A stretch of 64,000 nt of DNA, from positions 32,001-96,000 of IMG/VR virus record IMGVR_UViG_3300043449_000492. The stretch is one strand, 5' to 3'. The position numbers and the translations under genes were made by a program. Positions 20,686-32,513 of the stretch are shown here, piece after piece. The notes under the pieces are model-generated. The model saw nothing but the letters and a program-made list of their open reading frames with translations, had not been told where the DNA came from and made no database searches. This stretch comes from a virus. Within the stretch, counting starts at the first letter, position 1; every line of letters begins with the position of its first letter.

Positions 20686-21635
20686 TGGCTACTAACGTAT
20701 ATGTCGCTATTACCACAACTAGTCAATGGACAGTTCCTGATGATTGGAACAATATTGATAATAGCATCATTTGTATTGGTGCAGGTGCTGGTGGTTATCT
20801 AGCTCCTGCAACTACAGGTTCTCCTGGTGGCGGCGGCGGTTCGTTTGCTATCTCAAATAACTTTACACTAACACCTGGCACAAACATCTTCATTAACTGT
20901 CAAGGTGTATTAACCGCTGCTAATACTAATGGTGCTAATACTTGGGTTAATGTTGCTTCTAATGCTGCTCCCGCATCAGCGGCAGGAGGAGCATTAGCAA
21001 CAGGTGGTAGAACACCTACTACTCAGACTACTGGCGGTATTGCCGTTGCAGGTTCTATAGGAACAGTAACTAATCTTGGCGGCAACGGCGGTACAGCTAC
21101 TACCGCTACATTTACTGCTGGTGGCGGTGGAGGATCTGCTGGACCTGCTGGTGTAGGTAGAAACGGTGGTAACGGCGATACTGCAACAGCAGGTGACGAC
21201 GGTGGTGGCGGCGGCGGTGGTTCTAATGGAGGCTCATCTACCGCTGGTGGTAACGGTGGTACTGCTGGTGGCGCTGGTGGTCAGGGTTCTGGTGGTACAG
21301 GAGCAGGAACTGGCGGCTCCAACGCTGATGGTGGCGATGCTACAGCAGGTTCAGGCGCTGGTGGCGGCGGCGGCGATAACGGTAGAAATGGCGGCGATGG
21401 CGCTATACAAAACATCTGGAATATTAGTGGCGTTGATTATGGCCCGGGCGGCGGTGGAGGTGGTACAGGTAACCAAAGTGCTGGTACTAACTTAACTGGC
21501 GGAAACGGCGGCGCATTTGGTGGCGGTGGAGGTGGTACAGAGACTGCTGGTAGCGGTCTTGGCGGCGGTGGTCTTGTTATTGTTCGTTATAGTCTTCCCT
21601 CAAAAGGTTACGCATACGGTTATATAATAGGATAA
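20685..21635 (+). CDS. Glycine-rich (polyglycine-II) adhesin-like protein
   Basis: 'WTVPDDW...ICIGAGAGG...GGGGG...GGGGLVIVRY' glycine-rich domain; translationally coupled to the upstream fibre. Confidence 0.7.
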   Translation: MATNVYVAITTTSQWTVPDDWNNIDNSIICIGAGAGGYLAPATTGSPGGGGGSFAISNNFTLTPGTNIFINCQGVLTAANTNGANTWVNVASNAAPASAAGGALATGGRTPTTQTTGGIAVAGSIGTVTNLGGNGGTATTATFTAGGGGGSAGPAGVGRNGGNGDTATAGDDGGGGGGGSNGGSSTAGGNGGTAGGAGGQGSGGTGAGTGGSNADGGDATAGSGAGGGGGDNGRNGGDGAIQNIWNISGVDYGPGGGGGGTGNQSAGTNLTGGNGGAFGGGGGGTETAGSGLGGGGLVIVRYSLPSKGYAYGYIIG

Positions 21636-21659
21636 ATAGACAAGCAACAAGAGTTATAG

Positions 21660-23327
21660 ATGGCATTAAATTTCCCAAGTTCACCAATTAACGGTCAAAT
21701 ATATTTCGATGCATCATCAGGCAATCGTTATGTGTATGATTCTGCGAATACGATTTGGACATATGCTGCTAATAACTCATTAGTCGGTTCAGCAAACTCA
21801 CAGATTCTATTCAATAACGAGGGGTCTATAGATGGATCTGATGCTCTCGTTTTTGAAGCCAATACTCTTTATCCTCAAGAAATCGTTGTCACACAAAACT
21901 CAACCGCTACTTACTACTTTGGTAACGGTGCGTTTCTTACAGGTATTACAGCTGGTGTAACCGACTTAAGTGGTGCAAACGGATGGGCAAATAGTCTATC
22001 AACTATCGATAGAGCTATTGCTAACTCTGCTGCTAACTCTGCTAATGCTTATGCGATCACAATAGGTGCTGCAGCCAATGCAACTCATTACATCTATGCA
22101 AATAACGTAGCAAACAATTCCAACGCTTATGCTGGTACTCTATGGACTAATGCTCTTATCAATGCTAACAATGATGCCAATAGTGCTAATGCTTATGCAG
22201 GAACACTTTGGACAAACGCTTTAATCAATAGCAATAACTCCGCTAATTCTGCCAACGCATATACTGTAACAGTTGGTGCAGCAGGGAATACTGCTGCTTA
22301 CATCTTTGCTAACGGCGTCGGCAACGCAGTTAACGCATTTGCTTCGGCGACATACTATGCTAAATCTGGAGGAACAGTATCTGGCGATGTTGTTATTACA
22401 GGTAATCTAACTGTTTCTGGTCAAACAACATACGCTAATACAGGCACTCTACTTGTAGGCGACAATATTGTTGTTCTCAATGCTGACATTCCAGGTTCAA
22501 TGTCGCCTATTGAAAATGCTGGTATCGAAATCAATCGTGGTTCTAAGAGTGCTAATGCTCAGATTCTATGGATTGAGTCTGCAAATGCTTGGGGTTTCAC
22601 AAGTAATTCACAAAACGGTGTCACAACTTACTTTGCTTCTAATGCTGATATTGTCTTAGATCGTGCAATAGCTAATGGTGCCGCAAACTCAGCAAATGCA
22701 TATGCGGTGACAGTAGGAGCAGCGGGCAACACTGCAGCATATGTTTTTGCAAACGGAACTGCCAATAGTGCAAATGCTTATGCAGTCACTGTAGGAGCAG
22801 CAGGAAATACTGCTGCTTACATCTTTGCAAACGGAACTGCTAATAGTGCAAATGCTTACGCCGTTACAGTTGGTGCTGCAGCTAATGCCACACATTACAT
22901 ATACGCAAACAATGTGGCTAATAGTGCTAATTCATTTGCGGTAACAATTGGAGCATCTTCTAATAACTGGGCTAATACTAAAGGTGTAGTCAATAACACT
23001 CTAACATTTACTAATTCATCAATTTTTGCTAATACACTTCTTACAACATCTGCAACAAGCCAAATTCTTGATGTGTTTTCGACTTCAACTTGGAGGTCAG
23101 CTAATTACATAATTACAATGAATACGACTCCATCGCTATTTCATACTACCCAGATTGTTCTATTACATGACGGAACAAATGCATATATTACTGAATATGG
23201 CACATTGTTTACATCTAACAATTTAGCCCTATTTGATGCAACTATTGTCTCTGGAAACGTAAGATTGAATGTTGTTCCTTCTGTAGCGGTTACCACAATC
23301 AATTTTGTAAGAACGACAAATAAATAA
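21660..23327 (+). CDS. Tail fibre protein with Ala/Asn coiled-coil repeats
   Basis: N-terminal 'ALNFPSSPINGQ...YVYD'; ~26-aa repeats 'ANSANAYAVTVGAAGNTAAYVFANGT'; C-terminal 'RSANYII...LLHDGTNAYITEYG' domain. Confidence 0.75.
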   Translation: MALNFPSSPINGQIYFDASSGNRYVYDSANTIWTYAANNSLVGSANSQILFNNEGSIDGSDALVFEANTLYPQEIVVTQNSTATYYFGNGAFLTGITAGVTDLSGANGWANSLSTIDRAIANSAANSANAYAITIGAAANATHYIYANNVANNSNAYAGTLWTNALINANNDANSANAYAGTLWTNALINSNNSANSANAYTVTVGAAGNTAAYIFANGVGNAVNAFASATYYAKSGGTVSGDVVITGNLTVSGQTTYANTGTLLVGDNIVVLNADIPGSMSPIENAGIEINRGSKSANAQILWIESANAWGFTSNSQNGVTTYFASNADIVLDRAIANGAANSANAYAVTVGAAGNTAAYVFANGTANSANAYAVTVGAAGNTAAYIFANGTANSANAYAVTVGAAANATHYIYANNVANSANSFAVTIGASSNNWANTKGVVNNTLTFTNSSIFANTLLTTSATSQILDVFSTSTWRSANYIITMNTTPSLFHTTQIVLLHDGTNAYITEYGTLFTSNNLALFDATIVSGNVRLNVVPSVAVTTINFVRTTNK

Positions 23328-23555
23328 ATGACAACATCTAATGTTACAGTTGTTCAAGCAGAAGTTCTTTATACAGGAAATCCGACGGTCAATGTTTCGA
23401 CTGTTCAGACAGAAGTTCTTTATGTTCCTAATACTGTCAGTATTAATGTTGCTTCGTTTGGATTGCAAATCTTTTATCAGTTTGGTCCTGAACCTCCATG
23501 TTCAAGAGCAGTTATTAATAGATATACTTCTATTAGAGGACAAGTTTCATTTTGA
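23328..23555 (+). CDS. Small protein of three tandem beta-strand repeats; paralogue of 37136..37435
   Basis: Repeats SNVTVVQAEVLY / VNVSTVQTEVLY / INVASFGLQIFY; ATG immediately follows the upstream stop; clear paralogue elsewhere in the window. Confidence 0.8.
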   Translation: MTTSNVTVVQAEVLYTGNPTVNVSTVQTEVLYVPNTVSINVASFGLQIFYQFGPEPPCSRAVINRYTSIRGQVSF

Positions 23556-23592
23556 TAAACTAAATAAGTAAAACCTGGGGAAAGGGAACTAG

Positions 23593-24849
23593 GTGGCTAA
23601 CAAAGAATTTCAAGCTCGGCACGGGCTTATTGTCAATACTAATCTTCTTATTGCTAATGTCATCACTAATAATGTTAGTGTCAATGGCAATTTTTGGACT
23701 AGCAATGTCATATCATTAGGTCCTTATAACAATACCTCTCTCTTTCAATCCGGTAACAACTTTATCATTCAATCGAACGGAGCTAATGTTCTGGTTGTGT
23801 CAGGAAACACGACAGGTATCTTGCTCGATGTAGTCAATAGTGCCTCTCAGGTTCGAGTCTTTTCTGTTTCTGATACTGGTAACGTATATTCTGCGGATAA
23901 CGTCAATGCTAACTATTTTTATGGAAATGGTGCAACTCTTACAGGTCTAAATACACAACCCGATATTGTTTACAGCACTAATTTTAGTATTAGCATTGGA
24001 TATGGAAATGCCAATACGGTAGGTAACTCAGCAAATATTTTTGCAATGACTTACGCTAATGGTGTAGGTAACTCTGTTAATTCTGGTAAAGTTACATCAG
24101 TTACAGGTACATCAGGTCAAATTTTTAGCTCCGAAGGCACAACTCCTACTCTAAATCTAATCAATACATCGGTTACATCATCTACTTATGGCGGATCAAG
24201 TAACATTCCCGTCTTTACAGTCGATGGTCAGGGACGCCTAACATATGCAGCGAATGTTGCAGTTACTTCTGGTGGTATGGACTATGCCTATGCTAATAGT
24301 ATTGGTAACAATGCTAATTCATTGTCTAGCACTAAACTAGCGAACACTACAACAACATTTGCAGGTACATTGACTGTTAGTGGAGATTTAGTTGTAACAG
24401 GCAATGCCAATTTAGATTTTGGAATGGTTATAGTTGATGCATTAAACAATAAAGTAGGAATTGGCGTCGGATCATCGTCTCCAGCAGCCACTCTTGATGT
24501 TGTTGGCTCTGTTTCAACTGCTAGAGCAAACATTCTATCTCAAACACTTACCTTTGTTGCTTCACCTTCTACAACAGCATGGAATGCCGCAAGCGGACAG
24601 ATTGCTACACTTACACTAACAGGTAATGCTATTCTTGCTGCACCAACTAATCTTAGAGTTGGCACATATATACTTCATGTAATACAAGATGGTGTAGGAG
24701 GTAGAACACTGGACGTTTCTAATGCAGTATTCAAGTGGCCAGGTGGCGTTGATCCAGTAGCTACCGCAACAGCAAGTGCCCGTGACGTTTACACATTCGT
24801 CTCAGACGGAACTAACATGTATGGTTCTTACATTCAAAACGTAAAGTAA
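23593..24849 (+). CDS. Tail fibre protein with C-terminal adhesin-docking-like domain
   Basis: GTG start; 'KEFQARHGLIV' N-terminus; shares a module with 15494..16990; C-terminal 'IQDGVGGRTL...FKWPGG...DVYTFVSDGTNMYG'. Confidence 0.72.
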   Translation: MANKEFQARHGLIVNTNLLIANVITNNVSVNGNFWTSNVISLGPYNNTSLFQSGNNFIIQSNGANVLVVSGNTTGILLDVVNSASQVRVFSVSDTGNVYSADNVNANYFYGNGATLTGLNTQPDIVYSTNFSISIGYGNANTVGNSANIFAMTYANGVGNSVNSGKVTSVTGTSGQIFSSEGTTPTLNLINTSVTSSTYGGSSNIPVFTVDGQGRLTYAANVAVTSGGMDYAYANSIGNNANSLSSTKLANTTTTFAGTLTVSGDLVVTGNANLDFGMVIVDALNNKVGIGVGSSSPAATLDVVGSVSTARANILSQTLTFVASPSTTAWNAASGQIATLTLTGNAILAAPTNLRVGTYILHVIQDGVGGRTLDVSNAVFKWPGGVDPVATATASARDVYTFVSDGTNMYGSYIQNVK

Positions 24850-24862
24850 GGAGTTTCTTTAC

Positions 24863-27547
<2,685 letters not shown>

Positions 27548-27563
27548 TAATAGGGAGAAACTA

Positions 27564-27917
27564 ATGAACCTAAAATATCGTATTCTTAGAGTAAACGCAG
27601 AAGATCATTCATTCGCCGTAAGATACTTTACAGATATTCTTACAGAAGATTTGCTTTGTAGTTATTTTGACGCAGACGGAAACATTGTTAGAGATGAAAA
27701 CAATTATCCTTTGTCATGTAAGACCGATACAAATGTAACAATTTTCAATAATCCTAATCCTTCTCAAGATGATATTATCAAACTAGTTACAGACTATTCA
27801 TCTACAATGAAAGATTATCTGGCAATTCTTGAACTTCAGCTACAACCCAACGCAGTGGAACGAATGGCAAATGTAACATCACTAGTGAATACAACAGGAG
27901 TTATCACACTCGATTAA
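27564..27917 (+). CDS. Hypothetical protein, possibly adhesin-associated
   Basis: GGGAG RBS; 117-aa ORF; no recognised motif. Confidence 0.65.
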   Translation: MNLKYRILRVNAEDHSFAVRYFTDILTEDLLCSYFDADGNIVRDENNYPLSCKTDTNVTIFNNPNPSQDDIIKLVTDYSSTMKDYLAILELQLQPNAVERMANVTSLVNTTGVITLD

Positions 27918-27926
27918 GGATATATT

Positions 27927-28544
27927 ATGTATAAGTCGTTATGTAACAATACGTTTGAGAGAAATCGTGTCACATATCAAACATGTTGGTGGGATAATGC
28001 TTTCAATGATGATGAATTAAACAAACTAATAAATCTTTGTGACGATTCATTGTTAGAAAGAGCAGGAACTATAGGTGAACAAAATGCAGATCAGACAAGA
28101 CTTATTAGAAGATCAAAGGTAAAGTTTATTGAAAGAGACTGTGCAAGTTCATGGATTTTTGATAGATTCAATGATGTTGGCGCCAAACTAAATGAACAGT
28201 TTTATGGTTTCAATCTTTATGGTTATGATAGTTTTCAATATACGGTATATGAGGGAACTGATCAAGGCGAATATAATTGGCACATGGACATGGAATTAGG
28301 CGGATCAACTATGGAACTCACTCGTAAGATGACAATGGTTCTTTTACTTAGTGAGCAGGGTAAAGACTTCTTAGGAGGTGATTTTGAAGTTACGATGGGT
28401 AATCAAAATACACCAGATAGAGTTGACACTAGAAAAGGTCGCATAGTTGCTTTTCCTTCTTTTCTCTTGCATCGTGTTAAACCTATCACAATGGGAGTTA
28501 GAAAGTCTATTGTAATTTGGATCACAGGTCCTAAGTTTATATAA
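27927..28544 (+). CDS. 2OG-Fe(II) oxygenase, prolyl-4-hydroxylase/PKHD-like
   Basis: HxD ('WHMD'), distal His in 'FPSFLLHRVKPI' and 2OG-binding R-x-S ('RKSIVIW'). Confidence 0.88.
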   Translation: MYKSLCNNTFERNRVTYQTCWWDNAFNDDELNKLINLCDDSLLERAGTIGEQNADQTRLIRRSKVKFIERDCASSWIFDRFNDVGAKLNEQFYGFNLYGYDSFQYTVYEGTDQGEYNWHMDMELGGSTMELTRKMTMVLLLSEQGKDFLGGDFEVTMGNQNTPDRVDTRKGRIVAFPSFLLHRVKPITMGVRKSIVIWITGPKFI

Positions 28545-28547
28545 ATA
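28540..28547 (+). promoter_or_regulatory. Late promoter TATAAATA upstream of the 28609-gp13 block
   Basis: Exact consensus. Near-consensus NATAAATA boxes also precede genes at 4605, 17569, 21631, 32481, 39571, 48561 and 52136. Confidence 0.75.
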
Positions 28548-28608
28548 AAAGAGAAGCTAAAACACAATACTAAATAACCATATAAGTAGCTAACAAAGAG
28601 GTAGTAAA

Positions 28609-28947
28609 ATGGCAGTTACATACAAATGGGAAGTGACAGGTCTCAAGACAAGACCAGGTGATAAAAATTCTAATGTTATTGTTCAGACATATTGGAAAAA
28701 GATCGGTACCGATGAGCTTGGCAATGAAGGCGTATTTGACGGTGCCACCCCATTTTCGGCAGACTCAATGCCTAAGGGAACTAAGTTTGTTCCTTTTGAG
28801 AAACTAAAAGAAGCTGACGTTATTGAATGGATCAAAGCGGGTGTTGTTGATCTATACGAACAGCATGTCAATGATATTATTCAAAAGCAAATTGACGAGA
28901 AAAGAAATCCACATGTGGATGCAGCCCTACCCTGGGTAAAGAAGTAA
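28609..28947 (+). CDS. Conserved hypothetical phage protein (fibre-cluster associated)
   Basis: GAGG RBS; 'TYKWEV...FVPFEKL...VIEWI...LPW' pattern. Confidence 0.65.
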   Translation: MAVTYKWEVTGLKTRPGDKNSNVIVQTYWKKIGTDELGNEGVFDGATPFSADSMPKGTKFVPFEKLKEADVIEWIKAGVVDLYEQHVNDIIQKQIDEKRNPHVDAALPWVKK

Positions 28948-28963
28948 ACTTAAGGAGTATATC

Positions 28964-29149
28964 ATGGAACCTAAGATCACAGTAGAACTAAATCTGCAGC
29001 AGCTTAACACTATTCTTTCAGGATTAGCAAAGCTACCTCTTGAGCAGTCTATGGAAACATTTACAACTGTTCGTCAACAGGCAGAAGCTCAAGTTAATTC
29101 ACAAGAAGTTCCATCAGGACCGCTCGCAGATAAGGTTCTGAACAAGTAA
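28964..29149 (+). CDS. Small hypothetical protein
   Basis: AAGGAG RBS; 'LNTILSGLAKLP' helix pattern. Confidence 0.65.
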   Translation: MEPKITVELNLQQLNTILSGLAKLPLEQSMETFTTVRQQAEAQVNSQEVPSGPLADKVLNK

Positions 29150-29163
29150 GGTAAACCAAAAGC

Positions 29164-29913
29164 ATGTCACTCACTAAGCCAGCTAATAGAGAAGAACTTA
29201 AAGACTTCTGTTTAAGACAGTTGGGTTATCCTGTTATTCAAATCAACGTGGACGATGAGCAAGTTAACGATGCCATCGAGCTTGCATTTGAATACTGGAA
29301 TGAGTTTCATTTTGATGGCACAGAAAGAACATATGTCAAGCATCAGATCACTGCACAAGATAAGACAAATGGTTATATTCAACTAAGTGATCAGATCATT
29401 GGAGCTGTTCGTATCTTTCCTATTGGTGGAAACAACATGGCTATGAATATGTTCGATCTGCGCTATCAGCTAAGACTTAATGATCTTTGGGATCTTTCGT
29501 CTACCTCTTATGTCAACTATTCGCTAACGATGCAACATTTGGCTACACTCGATCTTATCTTCACTGGTCAGACGCCAGTTCGCTTTAATAAGATCAACAA
29601 TCGTCTCTATATCGATCATGACTGGGTAAACGATGTTGATGTTGGAGAGTTTGTCATTGTTGAAGGAATGATTATCACAGATCCAGTTCAGTTCACTGCT
29701 GTCTGGAACAATCGTATGCTCAAGAAACTAGCTACAGCATATGTAAAGAAACAGTGGGGAGCCAACATGTCAAAGTTTGACAAGATGCAGCTTCCTGGAG
29801 GAGTTACCATGAGAGGCGTGGACATTTATAATGAAGCTGTAGCCGAGATAGCGGCGACTGAACAAGAAATAAGGAATGTTTATGAGAGCCCTCCCGGCTT
29901 TTTGGTAGGCTAG
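29164..29913 (+). CDS. gp13: Neck protein gp13
   Basis: 'ELKDFCLRQLGYPVIQINVDDEQ', 'HFDG' and 'KKQWGANMSKF..MQLPGGVT'. Confidence 0.93.
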   Translation: MSLTKPANREELKDFCLRQLGYPVIQINVDDEQVNDAIELAFEYWNEFHFDGTERTYVKHQITAQDKTNGYIQLSDQIIGAVRIFPIGGNNMAMNMFDLRYQLRLNDLWDLSSTSYVNYSLTMQHLATLDLIFTGQTPVRFNKINNRLYIDHDWVNDVDVGEFVIVEGMIITDPVQFTAVWNNRMLKKLATAYVKKQWGANMSKFDKMQLPGGVTMRGVDIYNEAVAEIAATEQEIRNVYESPPGFLVG

Positions 29914-29916
29914 ATA

Positions 29917-30591
29917 ATGATAAACTATGTACCTTACACATATCTGATAGGATGGTCTAAGCACAATAAGTGGTATTATGGCTGTCAGTATGGTGTAAAC
30001 GCAAATCCTAGCAATTTATGGAACATTTATTTCACTTCTTCTAAAAAAGTTAAAACTTTCAGAAAAGAGTTTGGTGATCCGGATATTATTCAAATAAGAA
30101 GAACTTTTAAGACTAAAGAGTCTGCTAGACTTTGGGAACATAGAGTCATAGAACGCACAAATGCGGTATCCAAAGACAAATGGTTAAATGCAGGAAACGG
30201 CGGAAAAGAGTTTCTAAACAAAGGCGGTTATAAGTTATCTGAATCAACTAAGATGAATCAACGAAAGCCTAAGCCTGAGGGATTTGGAGAAAAAATAAGT
30301 AAAGCAAAAAAAGGTGTGCCTGGAGTAAGTGGTGCTAGTCATCCTATGTTTGGAAGAAAACAGAGTTATGAGTCCAGACAGTTAATGAGTGACGCCAAGA
30401 AAGATAAGTATGTAGGAAAAGATAATCCGTTCTTTGGAAAACAACATAGTATCGCAATGAGACAGCATCTTAGTGATAGAGCAAAATCAAAGTTGAGATT
30501 GACATGTCCTCAATGTAACAAGACTATGGACTCAAGTAACTTCAAGAAATATAATCACGGTCTAGAATGTAAAAGGTTTATATGCCTGTAA
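29917..30591 (+). mobile_element. Free-standing homing endonuclease (Seg/GIY-YIG-like with NUMOD3 repeats)
   Basis: 'YTYLI...WYYG...YFTSS...E...WLN' catalytic-type N-terminus; 'HPMFGRKQS' and 'NPFFGKQHS' NUMOD3 motifs; C-terminal CPQC; inserted between gp13 and gp14. Confidence 0.82.
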
Positions 30592-31472
30592 ATAGATACT
30601 TTCAAAATTATCCTGGGCAGGCACGTTTTAATAACGAACACATGCTCATAGAAGATGTTATTGTTGAGTCCATAGAGATTATGGGTCATGCCATGTATTA
30701 TATTCCTAGAGAGTCTTTTGATGAAGGGGATATGATTTTTGGTGAGTATAGTAAATCTAAATTCAATAAAGCATATCTCATTGATGGTTATTTGGCTAAC
30801 GTAACGGGATTCGAGGGAGACGGGGATTTTTTTGGTCGTTTCGGTCTAGAGATTAGAGATACCTCAAACTTTGTTATCTCTCGTCGTTCATTTGCTAAAC
30901 ACGTTCCTTCATCTATGAGACATAGACCCCAAGAAGGCGATCTAGTTTACGTTCCAGTTCTTCATAAAATGTTTGAGCTTAAGTTTGTCGAACAGGAACT
31001 ACTCTTTCACCAAGTCGGCAAGCGTCTACCATATGTGTATGAGCTACGTTGTGAAGCATTCCGTTTTGCACAAGATGAGATTGATACTGGTGTTGAGGAT
31101 ATCGATCTTGTAGCAGAAGAGAATGCTTACAAGAGAAAACTAAATCTCAATACATCTGGCACAGGTAACATTCTTGAAGGCGATGTTATCTATCAAAGTG
31201 AAGATGGAACCTGGGCAAATGCAACTGCTCATGCAACCGTATCCGATTGGTTCAAGGCTAACGGCACAACATTCATCTATGATATTTCAGGAATATTTAC
31301 TGCTGGTAGTAATGTTTATGCTAATAGCACAAATGCAATTTATAGAATTACATCTATAGATGATGAAAAGTCTGATTTTGTTAAGTATGACATTTATGAT
31401 AATGAAAACTTTGACACAGGAGCCGATCTAATTCTTGATCTGACCGAAGTTAATCCGTTTGGAACACCATAA
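30582..31472 (+). CDS. gp14: Neck protein gp14
   Basis: 'ESIEIMGHAMYYIPR', 'GFEGDGDFFGRFGLEIRD', 'RPQEGDLVY' and C-terminal 'DLTEVNPFG'. Confidence 0.92.
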   Translation: MPVNRYFQNYPGQARFNNEHMLIEDVIVESIEIMGHAMYYIPRESFDEGDMIFGEYSKSKFNKAYLIDGYLANVTGFEGDGDFFGRFGLEIRDTSNFVISRRSFAKHVPSSMRHRPQEGDLVYVPVLHKMFELKFVEQELLFHQVGKRLPYVYELRCEAFRFAQDEIDTGVEDIDLVAEENAYKRKLNLNTSGTGNILEGDVIYQSEDGTWANATAHATVSDWFKANGTTFIYDISGIFTAGSNVYANSTNAIYRITSIDDEKSDFVKYDIYDNENFDTGADLILDLTEVNPFGTP

Positions 31473-32485
31473 TGTTAGGACATGCTAATTTCTATCATCA
31501 TCTAACAAGAAAAGCAGTCATTCTCTTCGGTAGAATGTTTGATGACATTACGATTGTCCGTAAGAACGATCAGACAGGTAAAGAAGTATCTCGCTCACTA
31601 GTTCCTATTGTATATGCCCCTAAAGAGAAGATGGTCACTCGCATTCTTGAGGATCCTGATCTACTAAGACAGCTACAGACTATTCTTCCTCGTATGTCGT
31701 TTGAGATTACAGGCATTACATACGATGCAGCAAGAAAGCATAACTCACTACTTAAGACAAATAAGACTAGCACATCAACATCAGCCTCGACAGCTTATGT
31801 AGGTGTTCCTTATGATATCACATTCTCGCTTCATGTGTATGCTAGAAACATTGACGACGGAACACAAATTGTTGAACAGATTCTACCATTTTTTAATCCG
31901 GATTTCACCGTTACCGCTAGAATGGTACCTGATCTGGGGTTTCTTAAAGACATACCAATCGTTCTTAACAACGTAAGCAATCAGATTGAGTATGAAGGAA
32001 ACTATGACTCGGTAAGATATGTCTACTGGACATTAAACTTTACAATGAAAATGGACTACTATGGTCCAATCACTAATACTAAGATCATTCGTACCGTCTA
32101 TGCGAATATCTATAATGATCCAAGTCTTAAATCAGGATATATCACTAAGCTAAATCTAGCTAATGCAAATGGCACTTTTAAAGCCGAAGATATGGTATAT
32201 CAGGGTAACACTTATAAAACCGCAACGGCTTATGCTTTTATCTTGCATCATGACACAAATAACAATCTATTGACTCTTGGAGCTACTCAGGGTCAGTTTA
32301 AGGTAAATAACAAGATACATGCTGTATCAACAAATGCTAATGCAACTATAGCTTCTTTCTATGCTAATCCATTGCATCTAGTAGAAATCAAGATAACGCC
32401 AGATCCGATTACAGCAAATCCTGGCGACGATTACGGTTATAATATTGATATAACTGAATGGCCTCGAACTGAGGCAAACACATAA
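31472..32485 (+). CDS. gp15: Tail sheath stabiliser/terminator gp15
   Basis: 'FYH...RKAVILFGRMFDDI', 'VPIVYAPKEK', 'LPRMSFEI' and 'QIVEQILPFFNP'. Confidence 0.93.
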   Translation: MLGHANFYHHLTRKAVILFGRMFDDITIVRKNDQTGKEVSRSLVPIVYAPKEKMVTRILEDPDLLRQLQTILPRMSFEITGITYDAARKHNSLLKTNKTSTSTSASTAYVGVPYDITFSLHVYARNIDDGTQIVEQILPFFNPDFTVTARMVPDLGFLKDIPIVLNNVSNQIEYEGNYDSVRYVYWTLNFTMKMDYYGPITNTKIIRTVYANIYNDPSLKSGYITKLNLANANGTFKAEDMVYQGNTYKTATAYAFILHHDTNNNLLTLGATQGQFKVNNKIHAVSTNANATIASFYANPLHLVEIKITPDPITANPGDDYGYNIDITEWPRTEANT

Positions 32486-32513
32486 ATACTATAAACACAA
32501 ATAGAGTGGAAGA

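Noticed and set aside
23570-23595. G-rich leader CTGGGGAAAGGGAACTAG before a GTG start, as a possible recoding or RNA element
   Set aside because: Single occurrence with an in-frame TAG directly before the start; cannot be distinguished from an atypical RBS without comparative data.
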